A stretch of 64,000 bases of DNA from Naegleria gruberi (Eukaryota). Of this stretch, positions 32,109-43,691 are shown in pieces. Made by a program: the position numbers and the translations under genes. Under the pieces are notes generated by a model. That model was not told the DNA's origin. It did not search any database and saw only the letters and a list, made by a program, of their open reading frames with translations. Positions within the stretch are counted from its first letter, which is position 1; the number at the start of each line of letters is the position of its first letter. The stretch lies in NCBI GenBank assembly GCA_000004985.1, contig GG738857.1. One strand, given 5' to 3'.

Positions 32109-33683
32109 CTAAGGTCTTTTGAAGAATACTTTGGTGATGCATTGGGTTTGTGCAAAGACTCCAGTCAAGCTTATTGAAATTGTAACGTGTCTCAAACTGT
32201 CCATTGTAAAGTCGTCAAATGAAACATTGCAAAATTTGGCTGTGAATTCGAGTTTTGGCTCTAGCTGGATTTCCTTTCGTTGTTCCTTCTTGCAGACTTT
32301 GTAGAGTTTTTGTACATTATTCAATTTGTGCTCGTCTTGAATTGAGTTGGTGGAAGTATTGTTGCCTTGAAGTTTTGAGACTAAATTGTCTAATTTGCTT
32401 GTTTTGAGCATTTGCTTTCCAGAGATGATACAATTAGAGATTGGATTGTTGAATAGGATGGTGTAAAGTTTCTTAATGATCAACATTTGATCTCTTCTCG
32501 TGAAATATCTCAAACCAATTCGTTTAGTAAAGTATTCAATCTTACCTGTGAGGAGGTCGTATAAGGAGAATAATTGATTGAACTGCTTGGAAATTCTATC
32601 TGTAAGATCGGTATAATCCTTTGAGGAGAGAATCATTTCAATAAATCTCACAACACCACTCATAGATGAACCACTAGATACCAGTTTGGAATGGAAGCTT
32701 TCATGGAGCACATTCCTATTGATTTGAACAGTCTTGAATACTGTATTAGAGCTCTCCAAAATGAAACCAACACTCTTTTTGAGATAAATCTCGAATGATT
32801 CACCTTTTGGAACGAAATATCGTGCTACCTTCTCGTCAAAATCTTCCTCAATTTGAACCAGATCTGCAACCATGTTTTGCAGTGTTTTCCTCTTATTATT
32901 GTCATTCGGCATAAATTCCTTATTTAAAATACTTTGCTGTTCTGACAGATAGTATTTGTACTGCAAATTGTTTTTGGAATGTCTGGACCTTTCTGAAAGG
33001 ATATTCGTTAGAATATTCGAATCATGAAGAACTGAAACTGTAAAGTCTCTAGAGTTCTGACATAACTTCATAGTAGGAAGGGAATTAGATCTTTGATTCA
33101 TTTTAGGAGTGGTTGTTTCAAAATTGTGTTGAATTGCTGAATAGGGTTGTGAGGGATTTAGAAATATGAATCCATCAAGGAACCAAAATGATTCATCACA
33201 AAGTATCCTCTGTTCATTCTTCATGGATGAGTTCTTACAACTATCGTCTTGATTAAGCAGCAAAATTGGATAGAATCGAGCAGTCACTCGTCTATATTCA
33301 TTTCCAACTCTCTTTGAGAATGAAGGCATTCTGGAGTTGGCCCAAATAATATTCTCATCGGTATAGTCTTTCCTCAAACCAATCAATTCCTTCTCCACTG
33401 AGGTATAAACTCTCATGTAATTGGAAAACTTGTATGTTAAATTCATCAAATGAAATTGGTCGTTAAAATTCTCAACTTCAAAGTATTGACAAACTGTTTG
33501 AATTAATTGCTCAAAATCCCTACATGCAACTCCAATTTCATATATTGGTTGGATTAAATTCTCTCTCGATTCTTCAATAATCAGGGAACTGAGGAAAATG
33601 TTCACCAATTTGAGTCGAAAGATTTGTTTGGTGGTGAGGAAGAGAAAAATCCTTCTCCATGGCAAACAGCAAAAACTCTTCAT
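32109..33683 (-). CDS. Hypothetical protein (524-aa ORF)
   Basis: Long ORF with no recognisable domain. The 5' end is uncertain. Confidence 0.45.
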   Translation of the reverse strand: MKSFCCLPWRRIFLFLTTKQIFRLKLVNIFLSSLIIEESRENLIQPIYEIGVACRDFEQLIQTVCQYFEVENFNDQFHLMNLTYKFSNYMRVYTSVEKELIGLRKDYTDENIIWANSRMPSFSKRVGNEYRRVTARFYPILLLNQDDSCKNSSMKNEQRILCDESFWFLDGFIFLNPSQPYSAIQHNFETTTPKMNQRSNSLPTMKLCQNSRDFTVSVLHDSNILTNILSERSRHSKNNLQYKYYLSEQQSILNKEFMPNDNNKRKTLQNMVADLVQIEEDFDEKVARYFVPKGESFEIYLKKSVGFILESSNTVFKTVQINRNVLHESFHSKLVSSGSSMSGVVRFIEMILSSKDYTDLTDRISKQFNQLFSLYDLLTGKIEYFTKRIGLRYFTRRDQMLIIKKLYTILFNNPISNCIISGKQMLKTSKLDNLVSKLQGNNTSTNSIQDEHKLNNVQKLYKVCKKEQRKEIQLEPKLEFTAKFCNVSFDDFTMDSLRHVTISISLTGVFAQTQCITKVFFKRP

Positions 33684-34165
33684 GCTTTTTTCTTTGTTTT
33701 GTGTTCAAAAGCAGAATGGAATGTCCACCTGAAAATCAGTTAGGCATCGAACTGTCTTTTGGTTTAATTCCATACTGTTCTTCCTTCCTTTTTTGCTACT
33801 GTTTCCAAACAGTCACATTCAAAATCCAGAACTCGACACTCAATGAGATCTTTTGAAATATATCAAAATCAAACGAACTCGATCATCAACTCGATTCAAT
33901 ACTTTACAATTTTGCTTTCGTTGTCTTTTCAAATTTGACTTTTTGGGAATGAATTCAGATTTCTTTCAATTTATCCACTTTGAAAAAATCTTTCATCACT
34001 CTATTAATAAAATTAATTCTACAGTATCTTCCTCTGTTCCAATAAGATCTCAAAAAAATCACAATCACCACAATCTTCACTCATCATGATACAAATAAGC
34101 AATCCTCAACAACATTCCGAAAGCCTTTGATATTGTTTACTGGATAACAAGCTGTTCTGGTCCGC

Positions 34166-35650
34166 TTGCGCATGGGTTTTTCAATTGTTGGGCATTTTTT
34201 TGGTGGTCAGCACTTTGAAAATCAAAAGCACAAAAAAATGAGCACAATTCAAGATACCTTCGGAGGTGGTAGTAGCATGGATGATCTTTCATCATTTGGC
34301 TCCTCTTACACAACAGGTTATGATTCTTCACGAGGATCAACGATTGGAAATGTTATATTGAAGGATATTGTTTCATTTATAATTTCGGATATGAATTTAA
34401 TTAATCATGGAAATGTTACACATAATCAGACGAAGGGAGGAATTAATTGGGAGCAAGCGCCTCAGGGAGCAATGACTGCTATTGCAGCTATTGTGAGTTT
34501 GATCTGGCTGTGTTTTAGCTTGAAGGGAATATTTAAAAATCAAATTAGTTTACAAAGAAAGCTTTTTTCAATGATTTTGGGTACTTGTACTATTAGAACA
34601 GGTATGTTTTGGAATGATCTTTGAAATTAATTCAAATAGCTCAATCCCTTATTTTCAATCAAATTTGTTTTAGACATAATAGAGATGCCGAGATTTGTCC
34701 TACAATTTCAAAGGTGTCTCAAATTTTAGATATTTATGCTAGCTCGTTCAATTTTGTAATTTATCTTATTTTGGGCCTCTATTGGGCTGAACAGTACTTT
34801 ACATTGAAGAGGATTCAAGATGATAATTATAGTTTCTCCAATTCTCAATCTGAAGTTTCCACATCTGTAAATTCCACCTACTTTTTGAAAGTGAGAAGGG
34901 TTATCAATATTGCATTTTGGATTCTTTCAATATTTTCTTTCTTATTTGTTACACCATTTGCTGTCTTGATTGTTGCTATGGATCACAAAGGATTTGGATA
35001 TTCAACAGTTGCCTATCAAGTTTCAAGATTGGTAATTAGATTAGTGTTATCATGGGGAGTGTGTTTGACACTTGTGGTTTTTGGTATGTAATAATAACTT
35101 GATCAATTTACTTAATTTCCCATAGGAGTACTCGTTTTTAATTTGTATAGAAGAAGTAAGCTATCCAACTCTGAACTTTCTTCAAGGAATATTCAAAAGG
35201 TGGCCATTATTACCATTGTGTGTACTACAGCTTACTTCTTCCTATCAATCACTAATATTGTAACAACTATTGAATGGGAGTGGTACCAAAGTTTTGAACA
35301 TGCCTATGTCTTTTATATTGTAAGTTATTTATTGAGTTACAATCTCTAATCTCATTAAATAGGTATTTGCCCTTATTGAGCTATTTGCAAACACAATTTT
35401 ACTACTTTTCCTTCCTCCAAAGCCAATTGTCATGGCTCTTGCTAACCTTTTTTCATTTTGTAGAAGAAATGTTCCAGAAGAGGAGGGATTTGCTGTACGA
35501 AATAAGTTATTTTATGATAATATTGTTACACTCGATGATGATTCCTATCACATGGACTTTGAACATACAGAAGATGATTTCAGCGAGCATGCAGAAGAAA
35601 CCTCATCTATTATCAATAATAATTTTGCAAATAGAAAGGCAAAAAATTAA
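34166..35650 (+). CDS. Seven-transmembrane membrane protein with an acidic C-terminal tail; family uncertain (possibly THH1/TOM1/TOM3-like). Four exons.
   Basis: Exons 34166(or 34238)-34601, 34640-35083, 35126-35319 and 35363-35650 are joined by introns of 38, 42 and 43 nt (GTATGT..AAATAG, GTATGT..CCATAG, GTAAGT..AAATAG). The frames of ORFs 34166, 34621, 35143 and 35432 are reconciled exactly by these joins. There are 7 hydrophobic helices. Confidence 0.55.
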
Positions 35651-36026
35651 TAAGTTTAGCATCCTACTACTTGTTGATATATCTAGTTTTCAAATGATAT
35701 ATTATTTGTGCACATTTTGGATGATTGTAGGCAGATGAAATTCAATCTATGGAAAATAAGCAAGTACTGATTCTTTGGTTCAGAACTATTTGAAAAATAC
35801 CCGATTTAGTAAATATATTACAGTTAGATATAAACAAAATAGTTTATTAGACACTCCTTGTTGGGTATTAAGGTAACTTGTTTGATAGAATGTCATTGAT
35901 GCATCAACTGACAATCTTTTCAACTCTTTTCAACTTTCTCTTATCTTTACCTGATAATTTTAGATATCCTTGCTTCTTGTCTGATAATACTAGTTTTTGA
36001 TTGGTGGCATTCATAATTGTATCAAT

Positions 36027-37400
36027 CTAGTTTTCCCCTAAATGATAAATGATTTGGGCAATTTTTTGGATGATCGACTTTGTGAGCTGATGCGATTTGC
36101 CTAGATTGGATGCATACAAGATGGCAGCCCGTTTTAACCACATGATACCTTCTTCATACTTGTTCAAAGAAAGGCAGACAGTTCCCAATTTCCTTAGATA
36201 GTCAGCTTCTTCAAGGAATGAAATAAAGTCAAATTCATGTCTTAACTTTAGTCTCTCTGATTGGAGAGCTATATCCAATCCTTTCAGAACTTCGTAAGCT
36301 GCCTCAAGTAACTCAACCTGAACCAGAATTACAGAGCTGTCAATGTAAATATCAAATAAAAGTCGTTTGTAATTCTTTGGCAGGTTAGAATCAAAATTAA
36401 ACTCCAAAATAGAAGGAAGATATTTTTCGAGGAAAGGCAGAGCCTTTTCATGATGAATACCATATTTTGCTACTATTGATAACATCATTTTGAAAAGATG
36501 GAAAACCTTATCCTCAGATGCTACATTCTCACCCAATATGAGTAACTCTATAACAACATCAAGAGCATTTCCAACATCCTTTCTTTCCAAATACAGTTTT
36601 AACCAAAGATATAAAATCATTTTCTTAATCTCATCATCCTTCCTAGAAGAATCAAGTTTCGATTTAAATGTTTCCTGAATATCTTTGAGTGACTCCTTCA
36701 TTGGCAAAATGTCTCCTTTTTTCTGATAAACTATGGTTAATAAATATTTAGCAGAGAAGCAAATCTCGTACTGCTTCTCCTGTTCAACTATTGGTAATAA
36801 TTTAAGTAAAATCTTTTGTGCAATATCTAATTGTCCTCTCTTCAGTTGACACATTGACATTCCTATTAAAATTGTGTGACTCATTATTGTACATCTATTT
36901 CTGAAAATTTCGATTTTTCTATTTAAAACTGATGGTTCATGCTTAATTGGAGAAATCTTTTTAGATTGGTGTATAATTGCTCCTTTTGTGGGAGTAATTG
37001 TGCTTTCCGATGGTAAATAAGGTGATTCAATATAATACAGTTTTTCATATCCAACATCTCCAATTAATTTCGTATGTAAATTCAAAGCTTCGGAGAGGTG
37101 GTTCAGGCTACTATTTAGTGCATTAGACCTCAAATAAATTAAAGATAAATCAATCATTAATTGCACCAATCCAATCCTATATAATCCATTCACTAATTTG
37201 AAATTAGCAATTGCCTCAATTTTTGACTGCACTCCTCTATCAAATTGTTTAAATACAATTGGAGATTTGTTTTGTGGACTGGCAGAGCTGGTCCTCGACA
37301 TGGAAGAACTACTACGTGTTGAAGAGGCAGAGTAGGGACGAAAATCACTCCTACTACTACTTGAAACTCCCAAAAAGCTACTGTCGTTTCCATACATCAT
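36027..37400 (-). CDS. TPR-like helical repeat protein (hypothetical)
   Basis: ORF of 457 aa. It has an N-terminal Ser-rich region followed by amphipathic helical repeats (…ALNLHTKLIGDVGYEKLYY…, …AAYEVLKGLDIALQSERLK…). Confidence 0.5.
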   Translation of the reverse strand: MMYGNDSSFLGVSSSSRSDFRPYSASSTRSSSSMSRTSSASPQNKSPIVFKQFDRGVQSKIEAIANFKLVNGLYRIGLVQLMIDLSLIYLRSNALNSSLNHLSEALNLHTKLIGDVGYEKLYYIESPYLPSESTITPTKGAIIHQSKKISPIKHEPSVLNRKIEIFRNRCTIMSHTILIGMSMCQLKRGQLDIAQKILLKLLPIVEQEKQYEICFSAKYLLTIVYQKKGDILPMKESLKDIQETFKSKLDSSRKDDEIKKMILYLWLKLYLERKDVGNALDVVIELLILGENVASEDKVFHLFKMMLSIVAKYGIHHEKALPFLEKYLPSILEFNFDSNLPKNYKRLLFDIYIDSSVILVQVELLEAAYEVLKGLDIALQSERLKLRHEFDFISFLEEADYLRKLGTVCLSLNKYEEGIMWLKRAAILYASNLGKSHQLTKSIIQKIAQIIYHLGEN

Positions 37401-37873
37401 CCATAATTACTATATTCCCTCCTTCTTCAATATTCTAGAAATCTGATTAATTTATATACAACAAAACTTCCGATATTTCAAAGCTAATTGAAGGTTTTAC
37501 TGTTATTGTTCTTGGAAAAACCTCAATAACAAATTTACGGTATTTTTTTGTGGTGGTTTGTGATTCCAAAAGTCTCGTAATTTTCAATGCCAGTCAAGTC
37601 AAAGAGATTGGACAAGGAATGATGTTTTTGAATTAATGCATGCCCAATTCGTTATGTAGAGAGAAGGATGAGATTCCTTAATTTTGTTGATATCAAAATT
37701 TAACTATCTGTTTCAGACTTCCTTAGTAGATTCGGATCTAAAAATACATGCAAAAAATGGTGCTGATAGATTTATTCAAATATTAGAAAATGATGAAAGA
37801 TAGTTTATTCGAACAAAACCATGTCAATCTATCTTCTGAAGGATCTTCTTTGAGAATCTAACTGCAGCTGTAA

Positions 37874-39606
37874 TTACATGTTTAGATAAGAGTCAGTATA
37901 GCTTGGTTCAATCTTGGCAACCACTTCAGCTAGTGTGCCTGTCATTCTCTTGATGAAACACTTGCTAGGCACTTTTCGAATATTGCAAATAAATTCAAAC
38001 CTGTTAAAGTTGGTATTCCAAATGAGATAGTAAATATTTGTTCTCTTCTTTTTGATAGGTTTGCTATGTTTCTCAATAGACTCGATAAATGATTCAATAC
38101 TCGTTATATTCTCCAATGTCAATTTGGAGGATTGATTGTTTTCATCCTCAAATTCAATGTTATAGTCTTTGATAAACTTATCTTCCAAATAAATAATCAT
38201 GTGGTAACCTCCAACAGCCATGTTGCAAATATTCTTTCTTCAAAAATTGGATGGTAAAATTTGGTTGGTTCTTTCTGGAAGCATTCATCTTTCCACAGTT
38301 GACCACAAATAAAAATTTCATTCTTATCAGTCAGATAAATTGTAGATTCTCTTCCACATCTAACTTCTGTTATCTTATTCTTTGTGAAATTCATGGCATT
38401 GAGAGTTGTTATTGTTTGAACAGTAGTTCCATATGTTTCTGATGGGATACCAAGTTGATTTTTAGTATTATATCCGCATCCATATGTTTGTCCATCTCGA
38501 GTTTTAAAAATTGTGTGAGATTCACCACACTGAATATCTACAATGATTGATTGAATGGATAGTATATCTTGGTACTTTAGCTCTTGAACTTCATCAAAAA
38601 CATCTTCCAAATTTCCTACTCCCAATGCTCCAGAATAATTTCTTCCATAAACGAAAACTCTACCCGATTGAGTCAAAATAATAATGTGGCTATCTCCACA
38701 AGAAACTCTCCTTATTGGATCTGATGATTCTTGTTTAAATATTTCCTTTCTATTTACAGGCATATTGCTTTCTTCAATGTCTCCATTTAATAAAAGAGTA
38801 CCATCCTCTGTTTGGAAGACTGTAAATCTCAACCCAGAGTACACGTGATGAATTATCCCCAAATCTTCTACAAGTGTTGGTGCCAGTACCCAATTATCAG
38901 GAATGCAAAGTTGTGAATAATAATTATTACCAGAGACATAAACTTTTCCATTAACAGTCAAGAATAAAGTATGAAATTGGCTCAAAACAACCTCTACAAT
39001 CTGACTATCAAAAGAAAAATCCATTCTCACTGGTTCATAAACAGTTTTCAAATGATTCACACCTAGTTGACCAAAAAAGTTGTTTCCCGAAACTAGAAAT
39101 AGTTAATACTAGTTAAAATTCAGAAATAACATACCATAAACAAGGTTGTCTATTGTTATCAAAACTGTTTGAGCTACTCCACATTCTATCATTCTAATAT
39201 TTTGATTAGAACAACGAACACCATTACTTTGTAGAATCGGGTGACAGAATGTTTGTGAGCAAACCTCACTAGGCATATTCAACATGTAATCTCTAGGTCT
39301 TTTATGAAGTAGTTGACCATATTGATAATTTCCCATTACCAGAAAAACTGTTCCATCATGTTGTGGATCACTTTCCGTCGATTGACTCCAATTTAAATAA
39401 TTACTCGTTGTTTCAAAAACCATAGTATGAGAATCAAAAGTAGGAGCATAACTATGCTCATATTGTCTATAAAATCCACCACCATTGGAGGTTGATTTTG
39501 CTCCCACATACGTATTTCCCATGATGAATGTCGATGATCCAATCACACACAAATTAATTCTACACAATGTCCAATAAACACAATATATATACACAGACAG
39601 GTACAA
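37874..39606 (-). CDS. RCC1-repeat (beta-propeller) protein. One confirmed 42-nt intron at 39093-39134. A frame discontinuity near 38197-38221 is unresolved.
   Basis: ORF 39109-39606 joins ORF 38197-39060 through GTATGT...TTTCTAG, reading ...LVYG|VSGNNFFGQLGVNHL. RCC1 signatures such as CGDSHIIILTQSGRVFVYGRNYSGALG and CGESHTIFKTRDGQTYGCGYNTKNQLG are present. The downstream 115-aa ORF (37874-38221) is in another frame with no obvious GT-AG intron. Confidence 0.6.
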
Positions 39607-39902
39607 TCCCTCGAGATAATCAGCTGATGATTGAATTTATCCTTTCGAAAAAAGCCTCTTGACAAAAATTCCTCTCGATTTGATGGAAATTTTTTTTAAT
39701 CAAAAGTCTGTTGAATATTTGCAGGTCGGAGCACAAAATTGAATGACGAACATGAAGAACACATAAAAGGCTTGAGTAACACTTGAGAAAATCTTCCTAT
39801 TGCTCCTCTTATCCTACTAATCCCCTATGAAGTGTTACTATTTTCAATGATTGAAGGAAGTGGTCGCATGCTATTGGTTGGGTAATGAAAAAAGAATAAA
39901 AA

Positions 39903-40634
39903 ATGGCACAACAAGAGGAAGGAAAGAGAGTTTTGATTTTTGTGAGACATGGACGATCGATTTTCAATGAATTGTACAAGGAGAGTGAGAGTGATTGTCC
40001 TGCTAGTGATCCTTGGGTGATTGATTCAGAGTTGAGCGAGAGAGGTTTTGAACAAGTTAGACAATTTAACCAAGATTTGAACAAGTTATTAAATTGTGAT
40101 GGAGAGAAGAGAATAATTTCGAGTCCATTGACAAGATGTATTCAAACTTGTTTTTGTGTATTGGAAAGTCATCAGGCTTTACCAAAAGGCGAAGAGAAAA
40201 TTATTCTCGATCCTGATTGTACAGAATTGGAAGAATCAAGTTGTGATGTTGGATCAACTTTTGAGGAATTGTCGAATGGAAAGTTGAAGGATGTTTTGGA
40301 AAACAATTTTGATTTGAAATTAATTGAAGGAAGAGGAAAGTGGTGGTATCAAAATGAAAATAATAAGGATCAAACTCTACATTTCGAAGAGTGGGACGTT
40401 TTCATGAAAAGAATGGACCAATTTATTGACAGATTATTTAACAAGTATTTTGAAAAGGTTGACACTGTAATTGTCTTTTCTCATTTCACATTCATTAGAG
40501 AATGTGTGAATGCAATTGCTAAAAAGTACAACAAAGAGACAGCTCTTTCAATAATTGGAGACCAACCTCAACAAACTAAATCAATACCAATTACTGATTT
40601 GGAAAATAGAGAAGTTGTAGTATTACATTTATAA
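39903..40634 (+). CDS. Histidine phosphatase superfamily protein (phosphoglycerate-mutase-like, branch 1)
   Basis: N-terminal catalytic motif LIFVRHGRSIFN (RHG). Confidence 0.65.
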   Translation: MAQQEEGKRVLIFVRHGRSIFNELYKESESDCPASDPWVIDSELSERGFEQVRQFNQDLNKLLNCDGEKRIISSPLTRCIQTCFCVLESHQALPKGEEKIILDPDCTELEESSCDVGSTFEELSNGKLKDVLENNFDLKLIEGRGKWWYQNENNKDQTLHFEEWDVFMKRMDQFIDRLFNKYFEKVDTVIVFSHFTFIRECVNAIAKKYNKETALSIIGDQPQQTKSIPITDLENREVVVLHL

Positions 40635-41336
40635 TGAGGTTATTTGGTGCATCAAATTTGAGTTTTATTCTATCAACGATTGAGGAAGTGTCGATACCAG
40701 AAATAGGGTATGAGGATGAAGAGGAAGATGAGGATGATGTTAGCAATTTTACAATCATGATGATGATAGAAGAAGAAGACTTTTAGAATAAATTATTAAA
40801 TTATTATTTGGATATCTTCATTCGGAGTAAAGTTGAGATTTCTTTTCATCTTGATAATTTACTTTTTCATATGAGGACATGATAATGTAAATGTCATTAC
40901 AAGTGGAGGGATCTTGAATCCAATTATCTTCAAGTTCAACCATGATTTGTAATTCTTTCAATTATTGATTGTCTAACTGTCCTGTGGCTAAAAAATAGTA
41001 AGCTAAGGTATTGCATCTAACGAGTAAGACCTTGCAAAATAGAGATAAAGCACTCATCGAATTGTAATTACACCAACGAATACTTGTTGTTCAATTATCA
41101 ATTGGAAATAGATTTTTGTTGGACTTGCTAATCATTCACAATTTGAGTACAATCCAATCTTGGAGTTTGTAGACCTAACAAAAAAACTGGCGCTCTTTTT
41201 GATTTTGTTGAAATCCATACTTTACAACGACCATTAACACATTTTTAGGTAGTACTAAAGAAGAGGAAATTAAAAAAGAAACAACTAGCGCTCTTCAATT
41301 CATTTTCGTTCATAAAAAAACACTAAACTCAAAACT

Positions 41337-41762
41337 ATGAAAAGCCAAGTTAGATTTCCACACAACAGAACTGATTCTCAAGAACCATTTATTGTCTCCA
41401 GAAGAATGTCCAGAACGAGCATGTCTAGAAAAGTTGTTGGTAATAGAAACAAACCAATTACAATCATTGTTGTGGGCCTACTCATGTTATTCATTGGTTT
41501 GGTGGAGGCAGTGGCCAGCATAGTTATTGGATGCATTGCTGGAACATGTGAAAACAACTGTATTCCTAATAGCTTGTCAATTATCCTTCCAATAGCAATT
41601 ACAGGATTTATCTTTGTGATTGTTGGCTTAACTTTCATTCCAATAGGTATTAGAAAATTAGTGAGAATGTCAAAGATTGACTTACCTATCGACACTTTCG
41701 ACCTTCAGCCAGATATGATCATTCACACCTCCACAACAATTATCACAACCAGGCCATTCTAA
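41337..41762 (+). CDS. Small two-TM hypothetical protein
   Basis: ORF of 141 aa with two hydrophobic segments. A minus-strand ORF overlaps it fully, so strand assignment is uncertain. Confidence 0.3.
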   Translation: MKSQVRFPHNRTDSQEPFIVSRRMSRTSMSRKVVGNRNKPITIIVVGLLMLFIGLVEAVASIVIGCIAGTCENNCIPNSLSIILPIAITGFIFVIVGLTFIPIGIRKLVRMSKIDLPIDTFDLQPDMIIHTSTTIITTRPF

Positions 41763-42099
41763 TCCTTACCAACCAAACCAAACAACGGGCGATGAACAAG
41801 TGATTTATCCAACATTTTGCTTTCCTCAACATGCTAAATCTCACATGCAGCCACATGTTGGTGAGGAAGACCAACATCAAGAAGAGGTGTAACTCTCAAA
41901 ACAATATGAAACTACCACAACATTAATGTACATAATAAACTCCTTAGATTTAATAAAATCTGGATGGATTAAAACCTCCTTATCAAACTGAGGTGCAATC
42001 CAAGTTGAAAATTGAATTTAACTTCTCCAATCTAGCCATTGGACATTCGACTCAAATTTTTGATTTCATAGATAATGTAACATATACATTAATCGAATA

Positions 42100-43224
42100 T
42101 TACTTTGAAATAGACGCTGAAGCAACATATAAAAATTCTAATATTGTCCAACTCAACCCAGAAGCAAAAGCTCTTTTCATAATTCTTGGGCTTACACCTC
42201 TGAATAGAGTTCTGAATCCTTCGTTCTTAGTGATTGTAACCAATGCGTGAATTACTCCATTATATGCTTTTGTATTTGAACTTGGTTCAAGTTGCAATCT
42301 TGTTCTAATCATATCAAATGGATGTGTAATAACTGATGAAAGAACACCTCCAACAGCGCCACTAGGCATTGTAATGAACGGGCTTGTTTCCATCTCCTTC
42401 TCTCTTCCCTTGTAGAATGTATTTGTAAGTGCATATCTTGTTTGATTATAAAACAAAAAGTTCAATCCAGCATTTGGGATATCTCGCACTAAGGTAGCAA
42501 ATAATCCTGAAAAGAATCCTCTTAAACCTTCATTCTTTGCAATATGTGAAAATGTCTCCAAAACTCCTCTATTGTTTTCCATAAATTCTAATCTTGTTTT
42601 AACAACTGTTATCGGACACAAAATTACTCCTGTCAATCCTCTACTAAATGCTGCAATTAAAAAACTCTCTGTTGGTGAAAGTCGACTCTTTGCCAAAGCA
42701 TCAATAGAATGTGTCTTGGCTGTGATTGTCATTTCTTTCAAATAGCTTAACATGTTGTAATAGAGCAATGATCCAGGAGCAACTCTAATAAATGTTGGTA
42801 TGGTTCCTCTATATAATCCTTTAATTCCTTGTTCTTTATAAATATGTCTTGCTGTCGTCATCATTGTTTCTCTTGGATGAACTCTTTCACTCTTTGCAAA
42901 AGCATCAGCTCGTAAAATCATATTTGTCTTGATGACATCCATCGGTTGTGTAAGCAGTGTCGAGAAGGTACCAGCCACTCCTCCCGACACGAATTTCAAT
43001 ACATTCTCTACCATTTTACTTTCATTTTGTAAAATTTCCGAAGCTTTAGCTGCGTCAGGACCGAGACCGAGAGGAAGACTTGTTTGATTTTCTTGCATTT
43101 TTTTTAGGGTTTGAGATGGAGCTCTTGATTTGGCGCCTTTATTTGTCTCTTGATTCTCAAAGCTTTTCGCTCTAATGTTTGTTGCTTGATATTCAATCAA
43201 AATTGAGTTGGAGATTAATTTCAA
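42100..43224 (-). CDS. Mitochondrial carrier family protein (SLC25-type); substrate unknown
   Basis: Three carrier repeats with PMDVIKTNMIL, PITVVKTRLEF and PFDMIRTRLQL. The likely true start is an internal Met (MQENQTS...). Confidence 0.8.
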   Translation of the reverse strand: MKLISNSILIEYQATNIRAKSFENQETNKGAKSRAPSQTLKKMQENQTSLPLGLGPDAAKASEILQNESKMVENVLKFVSGGVAGTFSTLLTQPMDVIKTNMILRADAFAKSERVHPRETMMTTARHIYKEQGIKGLYRGTIPTFIRVAPGSLLYYNMLSYLKEMTITAKTHSIDALAKSRLSPTESFLIAAFSRGLTGVILCPITVVKTRLEFMENNRGVLETFSHIAKNEGLRGFFSGLFATLVRDIPNAGLNFLFYNQTRYALTNTFYKGREKEMETSPFITMPSGAVGGVLSSVITHPFDMIRTRLQLEPSSNTKAYNGVIHALVTITKNEGFRTLFRGVSPRIMKRAFASGLSWTILEFLYVASASISK

Positions 43225-43691
43225 TTAGAGCTAATTGAAAATTGATTGTAATCTATTAATTGATTCTTAAGGAGCAAATTGATTGTAACTAGTCAAAATT
43301 TTGAATTATTTGAAAAATAGATTTCAAAAGGAAGGCAAAATTGACAAATAACATTGTTTTCACATTTGTCCTCAACAATGCAAAAGGAAATTATAAACAT
43401 TGGATAATTGTCTTCACAAATAGTAATTGTACAAATAATACACGTTACAAAACATTTGGATTGGCCCCTGATCTTTAAAAATAGATTTCAAATTGAACAA
43501 ATTCATTGAAAAAAACATCTCTCAACCACCACCTCCTTGTTGAACAAGACAAAATAAAGCCAGGCTTCGGGAGATTGAGACTTGTATTTCAAAACATTGT
43601 TTATTCAGGAAGGAATCATTAGAATTCGAGCGTACAGCCTTTTTTAAATCAACTCTTTGATTGTGTTTAATAGTTTAGTAATTGGTAATCA

